Positions 1 to 10,599 of a stretch of 64,000 nucleotides of DNA are shown one piece after another. Position 1 is the stretch's first letter. Each line of letters begins with the position of its first letter. This DNA is from Sphingomonadaceae bacterium (GTDB lineage: Bacteria; Pseudomonadota; Alphaproteobacteria; Sphingomonadales; Sphingomonadaceae). The notes beneath the pieces were generated by a model. It searched no databases. It saw only the letters and a list, made by a program, of their open reading frames with translations, and was not told the origin of the DNA. The DNA lies in the NCBI GenBank assembly GCA_046348625.1, contig JAXMDX010000010.1, positions 32,055 to 96,054 on the forward strand, read 5' to 3'. The position numbers and the translations under genes are program-made.

Positions 1-1426
1 TCCAGACTGACGGGTGGCGATGCTTCCAGGGCGCTGCCTTTTCGATCGTCCGGGCAAGCTGGAGCAGGAGCGCTTCGGCTCCCAAACGGCCGACAAACTG
101 GATTCCGACGGGCAGGCCATCCGCAGTCATATGGAGCGGAAGGCCGATAGCGGGCTGGCCTGTTGCATTCTGGAGTGCAGTGAAAGGCACATAGTCGATG
201 ATTGGTGCAAAACCCTTCATCGGATCGCGTTCACTGAAGTCGATTGTGCCGAGCGGAATGGGCGGCGTGGACAGGACCGGTGTGATCCAGATGTCATAGC
301 GGTGATGCCAGGCAGCGACAGCGCGGGCCAATGTCTGGATCTGCAGGACAGCGGCCAGATATTGCGATGCGGTCACGGACTTTCCGGCCTCATAAAGCCC
401 AAGCGTCAGCCCCTCGAGTGTCCTCGGGCCGGGCTTGGCTCCCGTCATTGCGGACAGCATGTCGACCTGCATGGCAAGTCCGCCTGTCCAGAGCGTCATG
501 AAGGCGCCGATCATCTGCTCCTGCGCCACATTGGGAGAGGCCTCCTCGACCCGATGACCCAGTTGCCGGCACAGTTTTGCAGCAGCCAAGGTGCCAGCCG
601 TCACTTCGGGATGAAACGGCGTGCCATCGAGGCGCGTGGTCGCAACGGCGATCCGCAGTTTTCCGGGTTCCTTGCGGCTCGCCGCCAGCCATGATTTGGG
701 ACCTTCTGGGGCAAAATAGGGATCGCCAAGCCCGGGGCCTGCTGTCACGTCCAGCATGGCCGCGCAATCGCGGACCGTTCTGCAGACGATGTGCTCGGCA
801 GCCAACCCGCTCATCGCATCCCCCACCAGCGGGCCCATTGGGTTGCGCGCGCGCGTGGGCTTGAGCCCGACCAGTCCGCAGGCCGAAGCCGGGATGCGGA
901 TCGATCCTCCGCCATCATTGGCATGCGCCATCGGCACCATGCCGGATGCGACCGCCGCGCCGGAGCCACCGGATGATCCTCCGGTCGAATGCCCGACGTT
1001 CCAGGGGTTGCGCGCGGGGCCGTACAGCTTTGACTCGGTCGTCGGCACCAGCCCGAATTCGGGGACATTTGTCTTGCCAAGCGGAATCAGACCCGCCGCT
1101 AGGTAACGATGAACCAGCTCCGACGTGATCGGGGACGGCATGTCCGGCGAAAGCCGCGTGCCTTCGCGGTTCGGCACGCCTTCCATATGGCCCATGATAT
1201 CCTTGAGAAGAAAGGGCACGCCCTTGAACGGGCCATCCGGCAGCTTCTTCTTTGCCATGTCGCGCGCGCGTTCGAACATGGTCCAGACAATCGCATTGAG
1301 CGCCGGGTTATGCCGCTCGATCCGCTCAATGGCTGCATCGACGAGTTCGACAGGTTTGACCTCTTTTTTGTGAACCAGCTTGGCAAGGCCCAGCCCGTCA
1401 TGTTTGGCGTAATCCGTTATTGCCAC
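1..1426 (-). CDS. amidase (amidase-signature family); 3' end runs off the window
   Basis: Absent from the ORF track because there is no stop in the window. My minus-strand translation starts at GTG 1426-1424, with GGAGG about 10 nt upstream. It reads [18 protein letters not shown]...GKTNVPEFG...[18 protein letters not shown]...[12 protein letters not shown], the Gly/Ser-rich amidase signature. Listed ORFs 14..694+, 390..767- and others are other-frame fragments. Confidence 0.85.
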   Translation of the reverse strand, partial: MAITDYAKHDGLGLAKLVHKKEVKPVELVDAAIERIERHNPALNAIVWTMFERARDMAKKKLPDGPFKGVPFLLKDIMGHMEGVPNREGTRLSPDMPSPITSELVHRYLAAGLIPLGKTNVPEFGLVPTTESKLYGPARNPWNVGHSTGGSSGGSGAAVASGMVPMAHANDGGGSIRIPASACGLVGLKPTRARNPMGPLVGDAMSGLAAEHIVCRTVRDCAAMLDVTAGPGLGDPYFAPEGPKSWLAASRKEPGKLRIAVATTRLDGTPFHPEVTAGTLAAAKLCRQLGHRVEEASPNVAQEQMIGAFMTLWTGGLAMQVDMLSAMTGAKPGPRTLEGLTLGLYEAGKSVTASQYLAAVLQIQTLARAVAAWHHRYDIWITPVLSTPPIPLGTIDFSERDPMKGFAPIIDYVPFTALQNATGQPAIGLPLHMTADGLPVGIQFVGRLGAEALLLQLARTIEKAAPWKHRHPSVW

Positions 1427-1543
1427 GTTCGAATCCCCTCCGGTTGTTTTGCAACAGGCTAGGCAGGGGACAAGCCAAAGACAATCCGCGACGGTCACCT
1501 CAGCAGCTTGCCTCTTTTCGCCCGTCCCGCCATAGGGGCGACC

Positions 1544-3541
1544 ATGTCACAGATGTTCAGGATCACGCTTCCCGATGGCTCCGTGCGCGAAGTGGCGCCG
1601 GGCGCGACCCCTGCCGATATTGCGGCAGCCATTGGGCCGGGCCTTGCCAAGGCCACACTCGCTGCGCGCGTCAATGGGGAATTGCGGGATGCGGGGCGAC
1701 CCTTTGAAAGCGATTCAAGCCTCGCGCTTGTTACGGCCAAGGATGAGAGCGATGCGCTCGAACTGGCCCGTCACGATTTTGCCCATGTACTGGCTGAAGC
1801 CGTGCAGAGCCTGTTTCCAGGCACGCAGATCACCTTTGGTCCGTCGACCGATGATGGCTTCTATTATGATTTTTCGCCGTCCGATCGACCGTTTACCGAA
1901 GATGATCTTCCGGCAATCGAAGCGGAAATGCGCCGCATCATCGCGGCCGACAAGCCCTTGCGCCGTGAGGTCTGGAGCCGGGCCGACCTGATTGCGCGCT
2001 GGCAAAAGGCAGGCGAAACCTTCAAGGCCGAATGGGCGGCAGAGCTACCCGAGGGCGAGGAACTGAGCGTCTACTGGTCAGGTGACGACTGGATGGACAT
2101 GTGCCGCGGGCCGCATCTGGCCTCGACCGGCAAGCTCGATCCACAGGCCTTCAAGCTGACCCGCGTTTCGGGCGCCTATTGGCGCGGCGACCAGACCAAA
2201 CCGCAGCTTTCGCGCATCTACGGCACAGGCTGGCTCAACAAGAAGCAGCTCGATGCGCATCTTGTCCGGCTGGAGGAAGCGGCGAAACGCGACCATCGCA
2301 AGATCGGGCAGGAAATGGACCTGTTCCACCTGCAGTCCGAAGCACATGGCTCGGTTTTCTGGCACCCGAACGGCTATATGGTCTGGCGCCAGCTTGAGGC
2401 TTACATGCGGCGGCGGATCGATGGCGGCGGATATGTCGAAGTCAAAACGCCACAGATCATGGATGCACGCCAGTGGGAGCAGTCGGGCCACTGGGGCAAA
2501 TATCGCGAAAACATGTTCATCGTCCCCGATGAGGTTCCAAACACCGAGGATGAAGGCCCGGTGTTGACCGGCGAAGGCGACCTGATGGCGCTGAAGCCGA
2601 TGAACTGCCCGGCGCATGTCCTGATCTTCCGTCAGGGCATCAAATCCTATCGCGACTTGCCGCTGCGCATGGCGGAAATGGGCTGCTGTCACAGGAACGA
2701 ACCGCACGGTGCGCTCCATGGCATCATGCGCGTCCGCCAGTTCACGCAGGATGACGGCCACATTTTCTGCCGCGAAGACCAGATTGTGGAGGAGGTGCGG
2801 CTGTTCTGCGACCTGCTCGACAGTGTCTACAAGGACCTCGGCTTCGAGAACTATGCCATCAAGCTTGCGCTCCGCCCTGAAAAGCGTTTCGGCACCGACG
2901 AAATGTGGGACAAGGCCGAAGCCGACCTGCGCAATGCTGTTGTCGCCACGGGCCGCGCGACCGAGGCCTATGGTTGGGAAGAACTTCCGGGCGAAGGTGC
3001 ATTCTATTCGCCCAAGCTTGAGTTTCACCTGACCGACGCCATCGGTCGGACCTGGCAGTGCGGCACGATCCAGCTCGACTACGTCCTGCCGGAGCGTCTT
3101 GACGCGACCTATGTTGGCGAAGACGGCGCCAAGCACCGGCCGGTCATGCTCCACCGCGCGATTCTGGGCACCTATGAGCGCTTCATTGGAATCCTGATCG
3201 AACATCACGCCGGGCGTTTCCCCGTCTGGCTCGCGCCGGTGCAGGCCGTCGTCGCGACGATTGTTTCCGATGCGGACGATTATGCCAAAACCTGTGTCGA
3301 GAAGCTGAAAGCAGCGGGCATTCGCGTCGAGATCGATCTTCGCAACGAGAAGATCAACTATAAGGTTCGGGAGCATTCGCTCGCGAAAGTCCCCCATCTG
3401 CTCGTGGTCGGAATGCGCGAAGCCGAAGAGGGAAAGGTTGCAATCCGCACGCTTGGTTCGGACGGTCAACGGATCATGAGCCTTGATGAGGCCATTGCCA
3501 TGCTGAAGGCCGAAGCGACGCCTCCCGATCTCAGGGGATGA
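1544..3541 (+). CDS. thrS: threonine--tRNA ligase
   Basis: ORF 1508..3541. The conserved N-terminus [17 protein letters not shown] begins at internal ATG 1544. Class II core and ThrRS-type motifs are present ([33 protein letters not shown]). Length is about 665 aa. Confidence 0.97.
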   Translation: MSQMFRITLPDGSVREVAPGATPADIAAAIGPGLAKATLAARVNGELRDAGRPFESDSSLALVTAKDESDALELARHDFAHVLAEAVQSLFPGTQITFGPSTDDGFYYDFSPSDRPFTEDDLPAIEAEMRRIIAADKPLRREVWSRADLIARWQKAGETFKAEWAAELPEGEELSVYWSGDDWMDMCRGPHLASTGKLDPQAFKLTRVSGAYWRGDQTKPQLSRIYGTGWLNKKQLDAHLVRLEEAAKRDHRKIGQEMDLFHLQSEAHGSVFWHPNGYMVWRQLEAYMRRRIDGGGYVEVKTPQIMDARQWEQSGHWGKYRENMFIVPDEVPNTEDEGPVLTGEGDLMALKPMNCPAHVLIFRQGIKSYRDLPLRMAEMGCCHRNEPHGALHGIMRVRQFTQDDGHIFCREDQIVEEVRLFCDLLDSVYKDLGFENYAIKLALRPEKRFGTDEMWDKAEADLRNAVVATGRATEAYGWEELPGEGAFYSPKLEFHLTDAIGRTWQCGTIQLDYVLPERLDATYVGEDGAKHRPVMLHRAILGTYERFIGILIEHHAGRFPVWLAPVQAVVATIVSDADDYAKTCVEKLKAAGIRVEIDLRNEKINYKVREHSLAKVPHLLVVGMREAEEGKVAIRTLGSDGQRIMSLDEAIAMLKAEATPPDLRG

Positions 3542-4197
3542 CAAAGGGGCGGCTTGTGTGCGCCCTTGCGCTGGCGGCCGCCTTCTTTCCGACGTCTGGT
3601 GCAGCGACCGGTTCAGGTCCCGATCCGGTCGGGCGCTACCGTGCTGCAGCAGGCCCCGATCTCGCGTCCGAACTGGTCATCGAAGCAAACGGACATTTCG
3701 AATATGTCCTCTACTATGGCGCGCTTGACGAACATGCAGCAGGGCATTGGACGCGCGCAGACGGCGGCATCCGGCTCTATACGGATCCCAAACCTGTTCC
3801 GGCCGCTTTTGCTTTGGACGCGCCCTCAAAGACCGGAGATGCCAAGTTTTCCCTGCTGGTCGCCTGGCCGGACGGTCGCGGAATAGCCGGGATCGATTTC
3901 AGGATCGGCTTCGCGTCGGGCGACCCAATCAATGGCTACACCCAAGAAGACGGCTGGTCGCTTTCGCCCGATGAACCGCGAACGCCGGTGTGGATTGAGC
4001 TTGCCGAACCGATTCACGGCGTAGCTTCCCCGCGCTATCCGATCGACCTGGAAGCAGGCAACGCGCTTCATTTCACCCTTACCCCAAATGACATCGAAGT
4101 CTTGGATTTCCAGGGCATGCAAGTCGATGTGGCAGGCGGGGTGTTGGTCATGCATCGCAACGGTGGCGAACTGAGGTATGTCCGTGCAGAGCGTTAG
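3538..4197 (+). CDS. hypothetical exported protein
   Basis: 219-aa ORF whose start overlaps the thrS stop (ATGA). The N-terminus [23 protein letters not shown] looks like a signal peptide. No recognisable domain. Confidence 0.6.
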   Translation: MTKGRLVCALALAAAFFPTSGAATGSGPDPVGRYRAAAGPDLASELVIEANGHFEYVLYYGALDEHAAGHWTRADGGIRLYTDPKPVPAAFALDAPSKTGDAKFSLLVAWPDGRGIAGIDFRIGFASGDPINGYTQEDGWSLSPDEPRTPVWIELAEPIHGVASPRYPIDLEAGNALHFTLTPNDIEVLDFQGMQVDVAGGVLVMHRNGGELRYVRAER

Positions 4198-4733
4198 GCC
4201 GCGTCGAAACACCAGATCGGACCGGTCCAGTGCGCTCTGTCCCCTTCGACGCAGGTGAGGCCGGAAACATTGGCTGCTGCAGCAATCGCTCGCGGCCAGA
4301 AGGACTTGGCTGCTGTATTTCGAGCAACCACAGCCACTTCCCACCGCCCGGGGAATGCAGTCAGAACTTGCCGGAGAGCCTCTTCACCAACGCCTTGACG
4401 GCGGAATTGCCGGGCCACGAAGAATTCACTCATATTGCGTTCGACAAAGCCGCCATCACGATGTGAGTGATTATCGATCAATATGAATCCCGCCACGCGG
4501 CATTCGTAACGGATGGCAAAGGGGATTGCACAGTCGTCCCGCCAAATATCATCGATCCCGGGCAAATCCCCAAACCGGCCATCCGGCCCAATGTCGAAGT
4601 CCGTGTCCGAGATCGGACTCATTTCGGAAAAATCGTAGATATAGAATTGCGCCAATCCGTCGATCAGCGCCCGATCAGCCTCTGCAATCCTCTCGAGCGT
4701 CACTCGTTGCGAAATGGGCTGGCTATTCGGCAA
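4194..4733 (-). CDS. GNAT family N-acetyltransferase
   Basis: 179 aa with an acetyl-CoA binding motif A-like RQFRRQGVGEEALRQV. Overlaps the upstream gene by 11 nt. Confidence 0.75.
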   Translation of the reverse strand: MPNSQPISQRVTLERIAEADRALIDGLAQFYIYDFSEMSPISDTDFDIGPDGRFGDLPGIDDIWRDDCAIPFAIRYECRVAGFILIDNHSHRDGGFVERNMSEFFVARQFRRQGVGEEALRQVLTAFPGRWEVAVVARNTAAKSFWPRAIAAAANVSGLTCVEGDRAHWTGPIWCFDAA

Positions 4734-5526
4734 AGACCGGCTTCCGCTTCTCCATTTCGGACATGACGGCCTCGATCTGGTTCGGTGTCCTGATCACCTT
4801 CACTTGTTCATCGCTTTCCGCCTGAAGGATCTCGGCATCGGTCGCATCCGCCAGCATGTTGCACAGGCGTTTTGCGCCACGCACTGCATGGGGATTCTTC
4901 ATTGAAATAACCTGCGCAAGCTCAAGGGCGCTCTTCAGTGGATCGTCCGAAACGTGCGTGGCAAAACCCATCGCCTTGGCTTCATGTCCGTTGAACTGCC
5001 GGTTCGTATAGATCATTTCCCGCAGCACATCATCGGCAACCTGCGTGCGCCAGAGCGCCATTCCGGCAACGTCGGGCACCAGGCCCCACTTCATTTCCAT
5101 GATCGCGATCCGCGTGTCGGGGTGGACAAAGCGGATATCCGCGGCCGCCATGATCTGGCTTCCCGCGCCAAAGGCCACGCCATGCACGGCAGCAATGACC
5201 GGAACAGGAAGCTCACGCCATCCCCAGGCGGCATATTGCGCATTGTTGGCGATGCCGTTTGTCCGGTCGGCAAGTGTGCCCCCTGCGCTGCTGGCGCCCG
5301 GATCGCGTTCAGCCTGAAGGCTCGAAAGGTCGAGCCCTGCGCAAAAGGCGCGCCCCTCGCCAGACAGGACGACGACGCGCAGCCCCGGCGTTGCCTTCAG
5401 TGTTTCGATGGCTTCCACAAGGGCGGCCCACATGGCAGCATCGAGCGCATTCATCTTGTCAGTGCGGATCAGCCGGACATCGGCGATGCCCCCATCCAGC
5501 ATGGTGATCGAAACGCGGTCCTTCAT
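4723..5526 (-). CDS. enoyl-CoA hydratase/isomerase (crotonase) family protein
   Basis: 267 aa. Crotonase-type N-terminal half is present (VVVLSGEGRAFCAGLDLS, VIAAVHGVAFGAGSQ). Confidence 0.85.
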   Translation of the reverse strand: MKDRVSITMLDGGIADVRLIRTDKMNALDAAMWAALVEAIETLKATPGLRVVVLSGEGRAFCAGLDLSSLQAERDPGASSAGGTLADRTNGIANNAQYAAWGWRELPVPVIAAVHGVAFGAGSQIMAAADIRFVHPDTRIAIMEMKWGLVPDVAGMALWRTQVADDVLREMIYTNRQFNGHEAKAMGFATHVSDDPLKSALELAQVISMKNPHAVRGAKRLCNMLADATDAEILQAESDEQVKVIRTPNQIEAVMSEMEKRKPVFAE

Positions 5527-6137
5527 GCAGCACTCCTCTTCAATGCAGCCTCGACAATCGGCAGCTGGTCATTGCCAAAATACATGTCATCCTTGTCGAC
5601 AAACATGGTCGGTGAGCCATAGCCCCCGCGCGCGATCAGTTCGTCCGTATTGGCGCGCAGTCTGGCCTTGTTCTCGTCGGTGACGGACGCTGCGCGTATT
5701 GCCGCGCCGTCCAGTCCGGCATTATTGGCAAACCGTTCAAGCGCATCGGGGTCATCGAGATTCTCCCCGTTTCCAAAAAAGCCCTCGAAAGCTGCCTTTG
5801 CAAATGCGCGCAAAGCCTTCTGGTCACCCTCGAGTGCAGTGGACATGCGCATCGCGTGCACGCTCTTTGCGGGATGATACTGATTGGGAAAATGCATCGT
5901 CACCCCGGCAAGCCGCGCCCAATCCTTCAGGACTTTCCAGCTGTGCCGGAAACGCGGGTTGTCCCCGCTTTCGCGCGCGGCATAGACCGCCGGATTGACG
6001 GCATTGAACACGCCACCCACAAGGATCGGTCGATATGTGATCGTCGCGCCGGCCCGCTCGACCACGCCCTCGACGTTGGTGAACGCGAGATAGGTCCAGG
6101 GGCTGGACAGGTCGAAGAAGAATTCAAGATGTGCCAT
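5523..6137 (-). CDS. 2-hydroxychromene-2-carboxylate isomerase / DsbA-like thioredoxin-fold protein
   Basis: 204 aa. The N-terminus LEFFFDLSSPWTYLAF and the C-terminal GSPTMFVD..MYFGNDQL are typical of the HCCA-isomerase/DsbA family. Confidence 0.75.
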   Translation of the reverse strand: MAHLEFFFDLSSPWTYLAFTNVEGVVERAGATITYRPILVGGVFNAVNPAVYAARESGDNPRFRHSWKVLKDWARLAGVTMHFPNQYHPAKSVHAMRMSTALEGDQKALRAFAKAAFEGFFGNGENLDDPDALERFANNAGLDGAAIRAASVTDENKARLRANTDELIARGGYGSPTMFVDKDDMYFGNDQLPIVEAALKRSAA

Positions 6138-6139
6138 TG

Positions 6140-6547
6140 TCAGCCTGCCGTCCGGCCATAGAAATTGAGCTCAAGCACCACGTCATTGGGATCGCGGAGA
6201 AATATCTGGCTGAGTCCGATCGAGGCGATATGGTTTGTCGCGTAATCAATGCCACGGACGTCGAGCCGCGCTTCCATTTCCTCATAGCCCGAACAGTTGA
6301 GCGCCACGTGATGAATCGCGCCCGTCGGCCCGGCTGTGACATCTCGATCATAGGCGCGCGGGCAATCCAGACTGTTGATGTGAACGACCGGCCGCCCCGC
6401 GTCGTCGTACATCCACTGGACCTGCGTCGGCGGGAGCGGAGGGGGACCATTGCGCCGATCCAGCCCCAGCACTTCGGCATAAAATGTTGCCGTGGCGTCG
6501 AGATCTTCGACGATGATATTGACGTGATCGATTGCGTTGACCTTCAT
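6140..6547 (-). CDS. VOC (glyoxalase/bleomycin-resistance/dioxygenase) family protein
   Basis: ORF 6140..6691 trimmed to internal ATG 6547 (MKVNAIDHVNIIVEDLDATATFYAEVLGL). The longer form would overlap the upstream ligase gene. Confidence 0.8.
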   Translation of the reverse strand: MKVNAIDHVNIIVEDLDATATFYAEVLGLDRRNGPPPLPPTQVQWMYDDAGRPVVHINSLDCPRAYDRDVTAGPTGAIHHVALNCSGYEEMEARLDVRGIDYATNHIASIGLSQIFLRDPNDVVLELNFYGRTAG

Positions 6548-6557
6548 GGCACGTCCC

Positions 6558-8084
6558 TCAGCCGGCAGCCTTCTTCCAATACTGGTCGCGCAGCAGCCTC
6601 TTGTAGAGCTTGCCCGTATCATGCCGCGGCAACTCCGCAAGGAAATCGATCCGGCGCGGGATTTTGACGCCCGAGAGCTTTTCCCGGGCATAGGCGGTCA
6701 GCGTGTCGCGCAGATCATCGCCTGCATCCGCCATGTCCACTGGCTGCACGACGGCAATGACTTCTTCGCCCATTTCGTCGTGCGGACCACCGATCACGGC
6801 AACATCCTGCACACGCGGATGCGTGACGAGATGGTTTTCGATTTCCTGTGGATAGATATTCACCCCACCCGAAATGATCATGAAGCTCTTGCGGTCGGTC
6901 AGGTACAGATAGCCCTCGTCATCCACATAACCGACGTCGCCGAGCGTGGACCAGCCCCTGGAATTGCGGCTTGACGACGTTTTTTCCTCGTCGCCATGAT
7001 ATTCGAAAGTGTTTTCGCTTTCGAAGAAGATCGTCCCTTCGGTGCGGGGCGGCAATTCCGTCTCGCCATCTTCACCCATGATGTGAATCACGCCCATCAC
7101 GGCCTTGCCAACAGACCCCTTGTGGGCGAGCCAATCCTTCGAGCCGATGAAGGTCATGCCATTGCCTTCGGAACCGGCATAATATTCTTCGATGATCGGG
7201 CCCCACCAGTCGATCATCGCCTGCTTGACCGGAATCGGGCACGGAGCAGCGGCGTGGATGGCACAGTCGAGAGTCGAAAGATCATATTTCGACCGGACGT
7301 CATCCGGCAATTTCAGCATGCGAATGAAGTGGGTCGGCACATATTGGCCGCAGGTGATCTTGTATTTTTCGATCGCCGCAAGAACGCCCTCCGGATCGAA
7401 TTTCTTCATCATCACGACAGTGCCACCGATCTTTTGCACCGTCATTGACCAACGCAGCGGCGCCGCATGATAGAGTGGTGCCGGCGACAGATAGACGCTG
7501 TCCGGGCCTATTCGATACAATCCCATGGCCAACAGGATGAGCGGGTTCGTCTGCGCAATGGACGGGTCTTCGGGCAACGGCACCCGGACGCCCTTCGGCC
7601 GCCCCGTCGTGCCGGATGAATAGAGCATGTCGACGCCGGCACGTTCATCGGCGATCGGCGTCGCGGGCATTTCGGCGATTGCCGCTTCCCAGCTTCCATA
7701 GCCTGCGATCTCTCCCCCCAGCGCATAGCGTTCGATCTCGGTCGAAAGCTGGGCTGCAAGCGGTGCAAGGCTCGCCGACATGACGAGCATCCGGGATCCC
7801 GAGTTCTGCAGGATATAGTCTGCTTCATCGGCCGTGAGCCGGGTGGACAGGCAGACATAGCGCAGACCGGACCGCTGCGCGCCCCAGGTCAGGGCGTAAT
7901 AGGCGGGCGTATTCTCGACCATGAAGCCGACCACATCCTCGGCCTTGAGGCCGCGAGAACGGAAGAACTGGGCAACCCGGTTCGACGCCTCATCCAGCTG
8001 CTTGAACGTCAGCGTCTCTCCTGTCTCGGCAAGGATGACGGCTGGCTTGTCTGGGTTGGTCTTGGCGTGAATACTCGGATGCAT
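6558..8084 (-). CDS. AMP-dependent acyl-CoA synthetase/ligase
   Basis: 508 aa. AMP-binding motif YSSGTTGRPKGV is present, with the C-terminal GKLYKRLLRD typical of adenylate-forming ligases. Confidence 0.9.
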   Translation of the reverse strand: MHPSIHAKTNPDKPAVILAETGETLTFKQLDEASNRVAQFFRSRGLKAEDVVGFMVENTPAYYALTWGAQRSGLRYVCLSTRLTADEADYILQNSGSRMLVMSASLAPLAAQLSTEIERYALGGEIAGYGSWEAAIAEMPATPIADERAGVDMLYSSGTTGRPKGVRVPLPEDPSIAQTNPLILLAMGLYRIGPDSVYLSPAPLYHAAPLRWSMTVQKIGGTVVMMKKFDPEGVLAAIEKYKITCGQYVPTHFIRMLKLPDDVRSKYDLSTLDCAIHAAAPCPIPVKQAMIDWWGPIIEEYYAGSEGNGMTFIGSKDWLAHKGSVGKAVMGVIHIMGEDGETELPPRTEGTIFFESENTFEYHGDEEKTSSSRNSRGWSTLGDVGYVDDEGYLYLTDRKSFMIISGGVNIYPQEIENHLVTHPRVQDVAVIGGPHDEMGEEVIAVVQPVDMADAGDDLRDTLTAYAREKLSGVKIPRRIDFLAELPRHDTGKLYKRLLRDQYWKKAAG

Positions 8085-8197
8085 GGGTCTTGAAGCTCCT
8101 ATCGGTCAACTGAGCGCGCGAATCTTCTGGCCGCGTCTCGAAAACGATAGCAGCGATTGAGTTGCAGACCAGCACTGATCTTGGCTAGGGTGAGCAA

Positions 8198-8641
8198 ATG
8201 GACAACACCCTTCCGACAGGCGAATTCGACCCGGACCTGATGATCCGAATGATGAGCGGCAATGGGCACAATCGTCTGATCGGCGTCAAACCCAACGCGC
8301 GTGGGCCGGACTGGGTTGAACTTCGGTTGCCTTACAATCCGGCATTGGTCAGTGACGCGAGCACCGGAATTCTCGCCTCCGGACCGATCTTCACGATGAT
8401 GGATATGGCCACATCCATGTCGATCTGGCTCAAGAGCGGAAAGTTCCAGCCACAGGCGACACTCGATCTGCGTATCGACTATCTCCGCCCCGCCGAACCC
8501 GGAAAGGACGTCTTCGGGAGAGGCGAATGTTATCACCTGACGCGGTCGATCGCGTTCGTGCGCGGCCAGGCGCATGATGGCAACCCAGACAGGCCCATCG
8601 CGCATGTGGCGGGAACCTATATGTTCACGGCAGGTGCCTGA
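8198..8641 (+). CDS. PaaI-family hotdog-fold thioesterase
   Basis: 147 aa with a hotdog-fold pattern (NRLIGVKP..WVELRLPY...SGPIFTMMDMA). Divergent from the ligase gene. Confidence 0.65.
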   Translation: MDNTLPTGEFDPDLMIRMMSGNGHNRLIGVKPNARGPDWVELRLPYNPALVSDASTGILASGPIFTMMDMATSMSIWLKSGKFQPQATLDLRIDYLRPAEPGKDVFGRGECYHLTRSIAFVRGQAHDGNPDRPIAHVAGTYMFTAGA

Positions 8642-9027
8642 TGGAAACCAATTCTCCGTTCGCCCGGACAATGGGCTTCGGTTCGGAACGGGACAGCGAG
8701 GGGCGCCTTGTGCTGACCATGGCGTTTGAGACCAACAAGATGGGACGGCCCGGCTTCCTGCACGGCGGGGCCATTGCCGGGATGCTTGAGGCTGTTGCCT
8801 TCACGACCTTGGCCGAAGCGCTGGATGCCGATGACAATGCCCGCATCAAGCCCATCAATGTAACGGTCAACTATCTGCGCGGCGGGCGCGACGCCCTGAC
8901 CCGTGCACGTGCAACGATCGAACGACTGGGCAGGCGGGTCGCCAATGTGGAGGCCATTGCCTGGCAGGACGATCCTGATAACCCCATTGCCATTGCCCAG
9001 ATGAACCTGATGCTCCAGCGCGACTAG
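8641..9027 (+). CDS. PaaI-family hotdog-fold thioesterase (paralogue)
   Basis: 128 aa. Motif GFLHGGAIAGMLEAVA is typical of PaaI/YbgC-like thioesterases. Its start overlaps the upstream stop by 1 nt (TGATG). Confidence 0.7.
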   Translation: METNSPFARTMGFGSERDSEGRLVLTMAFETNKMGRPGFLHGGAIAGMLEAVAFTTLAEALDADDNARIKPINVTVNYLRGGRDALTRARATIERLGRRVANVEAIAWQDDPDNPIAIAQMNLMLQRD

Positions 9028-9033
9028 GCCGGA

Positions 9034-10599
9034 TTATTCGGCAGCCACGGCCTCCTCGGGCTCTTTCCAAACCAGCACGGGCTTTCTGGCTGCCAGCGTT
9101 TCATCAAGACGCCGTCGCGGCGCATAATGCGGGGCAGACTTGAGTAAAGGATCGCCTTGCTTTGCCCGCAAGGCCACGGAGCGAAGCGCGCCGATGAACT
9201 GGTCGAGCGTTGCCTTGCTCTCGGTCTCGGTCGGCTCGATGAGCATTGCGCCGTGCACAACAAGCGGGAAATACATTGTCATCGGATGATAGCCCTCGTC
9301 GATGAGCGCCTTTGCGATATCCAGCGTCGTGAACCCCTCCGCCAGGCCGCCATCGGAAAAAAGTGCTTCATGCATGCACGGTCCGGTTTGGCCAAAGGGC
9401 GCATCGAGGACATCGTCGAGCGAGCGCAGGATATAGTTTGCATTGAGCACCGCATCCTCGGCAACCTGCCGCAACCCGTCCGCACCGTGTGACAGGATGT
9501 AGGCGAGGGCGCGGGTGTACATGCCCATTTGCCCATGAAAGGCCGTCATCCGGCCAAAGGACTTGCCCTGCCGTTCGTCAACTGTCTCTTCCTCGATCAG
9601 CAGGAATGTGTCGCCCTGCCGTTCGACATAGGGAAGCGGCGCGAAGGGCGCGAGCGCTTCGGACAGCACAACCGGTCCCGATCCCGGGCCGCCGCCGCCG
9701 TGCGGTGTGCTGAATGTCTTGTGCAGATTGATGTGCATCGCATCGACGCCGAGATCGCCCGGGCGAACCCGACCGACGATGGCGTTGAAATTGGCCCCAT
9801 CGCAATAGACAAAAGCACCCGCGGCATGAACCGCCGCCGAGAGCGCTTTCATGTCGCGCTCGAACAGGCCGCAGGTGTTCGGGTTGGTGATCATCACCCC
9901 GGCCACATCGGGCCCAAGCCGCGCCGAAAGCGCCGCCAGATCGACGCGCCCCTCGGCGGTCGCGGGAATGCTCTCGACCGCATAGCCGGCAAAGGCTGCC
10001 GTCGCCGGATTTGTGCCGTGCGCACTTTCCGGCACAAGGATTGTCGAACGGGCATCGCCGCGCGCTTCAAGCGCTGCACGGATGGCAAGGATGCCGCACA
10101 ATTCTCCGTGCGCGCCCGCCTTGGGAGACATGGCAACGGCCTTCATCCCCGTCAGTGTCACCAGCCAATGCGCCAATTCGTGGATCACGGCCAGCGCGCC
10201 CTGGACAGTCTCGCGCGGCGCGAGCGGGTGAATATCGGCAAAACCCTTCATCCGCGCGATCTTTTCATTCAGCCGCGGATTGTGCTTCATCGTGCAAGAC
10301 CCGAGCGGAAAGAGCCCGAGGTCGATTGCATAATTCTGTCGGGAAAGCCGCGTGTAGTGCCGCATCGTTTCCGGTTCGGAGAGACCGGGAAGGCCGATGG
10401 GGCGATTGCGCTCAAGGCCTGCAAGCCTCGATTTGACAGCAGATGGCGCAGCAAGGTCCACGCCGGTTGTTTCGCCGTCGCCGATTTCGAAGATCAGCGC
10501 CTCCTCAAGCATGAGCGCGCGATTGCCTGTATATGTTCCGGCGCTTTCGGCTGCTCCCGCACCCATCTCCGGGCGCCACCCGCTTGCATTGATTGTCAT
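9034..10599 (-). CDS. gcvPB: glycine dehydrogenase (decarboxylating) subunit 2
   Basis: 521 aa. PLP-lysine context [18 protein letters not shown] is present. Overlaps gcvPA by 4 nt. Confidence 0.95.
   Translation of the reverse strand: MTINASGWRPEMGAGAAESAGTYTGNRALMLEEALIFEIGDGETTGVDLAAPSAVKSRLAGLERNRPIGLPGLSEPETMRHYTRLSRQNYAIDLGLFPLGSCTMKHNPRLNEKIARMKGFADIHPLAPRETVQGALAVIHELAHWLVTLTGMKAVAMSPKAGAHGELCGILAIRAALEARGDARSTILVPESAHGTNPATAAFAGYAVESIPATAEGRVDLAALSARLGPDVAGVMITNPNTCGLFERDMKALSAAVHAAGAFVYCDGANFNAIVGRVRPGDLGVDAMHINLHKTFSTPHGGGGPGSGPVVLSEALAPFAPLPYVERQGDTFLLIEEETVDERQGKSFGRMTAFHGQMGMYTRALAYILSHGADGLRQVAEDAVLNANYILRSLDDVLDAPFGQTGPCMHEALFSDGGLAEGFTTLDIAKALIDEGYHPMTMYFPLVVHGAMLIEPTETESKATLDQFIGALRSVALRAKQGDPLLKSAPHYAPRRRLDETLAARKPVLVWKEPEEAVAAE

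Noticed and set aside
14-694. 226-aa plus-strand ORF at the window start, with overlapping small ORFs up to about 1460.
   Set aside because: They lie antisense or out of frame to a continuous minus-strand amidase reading frame (1..1426) that carries the GGSSGGS amidase signature.
2078-3544. 488-aa ORF antisense to thrS. The same pattern recurs in 9529..10929+, 12514..13488+, 17401..18651+, 18873..19853+, 20249..21160+, 23251..24588+, 28429..29775-, 32924..34174-, 35234..36067-, 41277..43466-, 43629..44846-, 45981..47588-, 51834..52895-, 52795..54084+, 54098..55192- and 62500..63564+.
   Set aside because: High-GC genomes give long stop-free antisense frames. These products are Arg/Gly/His/Asp-rich with no recognisable motifs, whereas the opposite strand encodes unmistakable conserved proteins (ThrRS, GcvP, SdhA, H+-PPase, PurD, AcnA and others).
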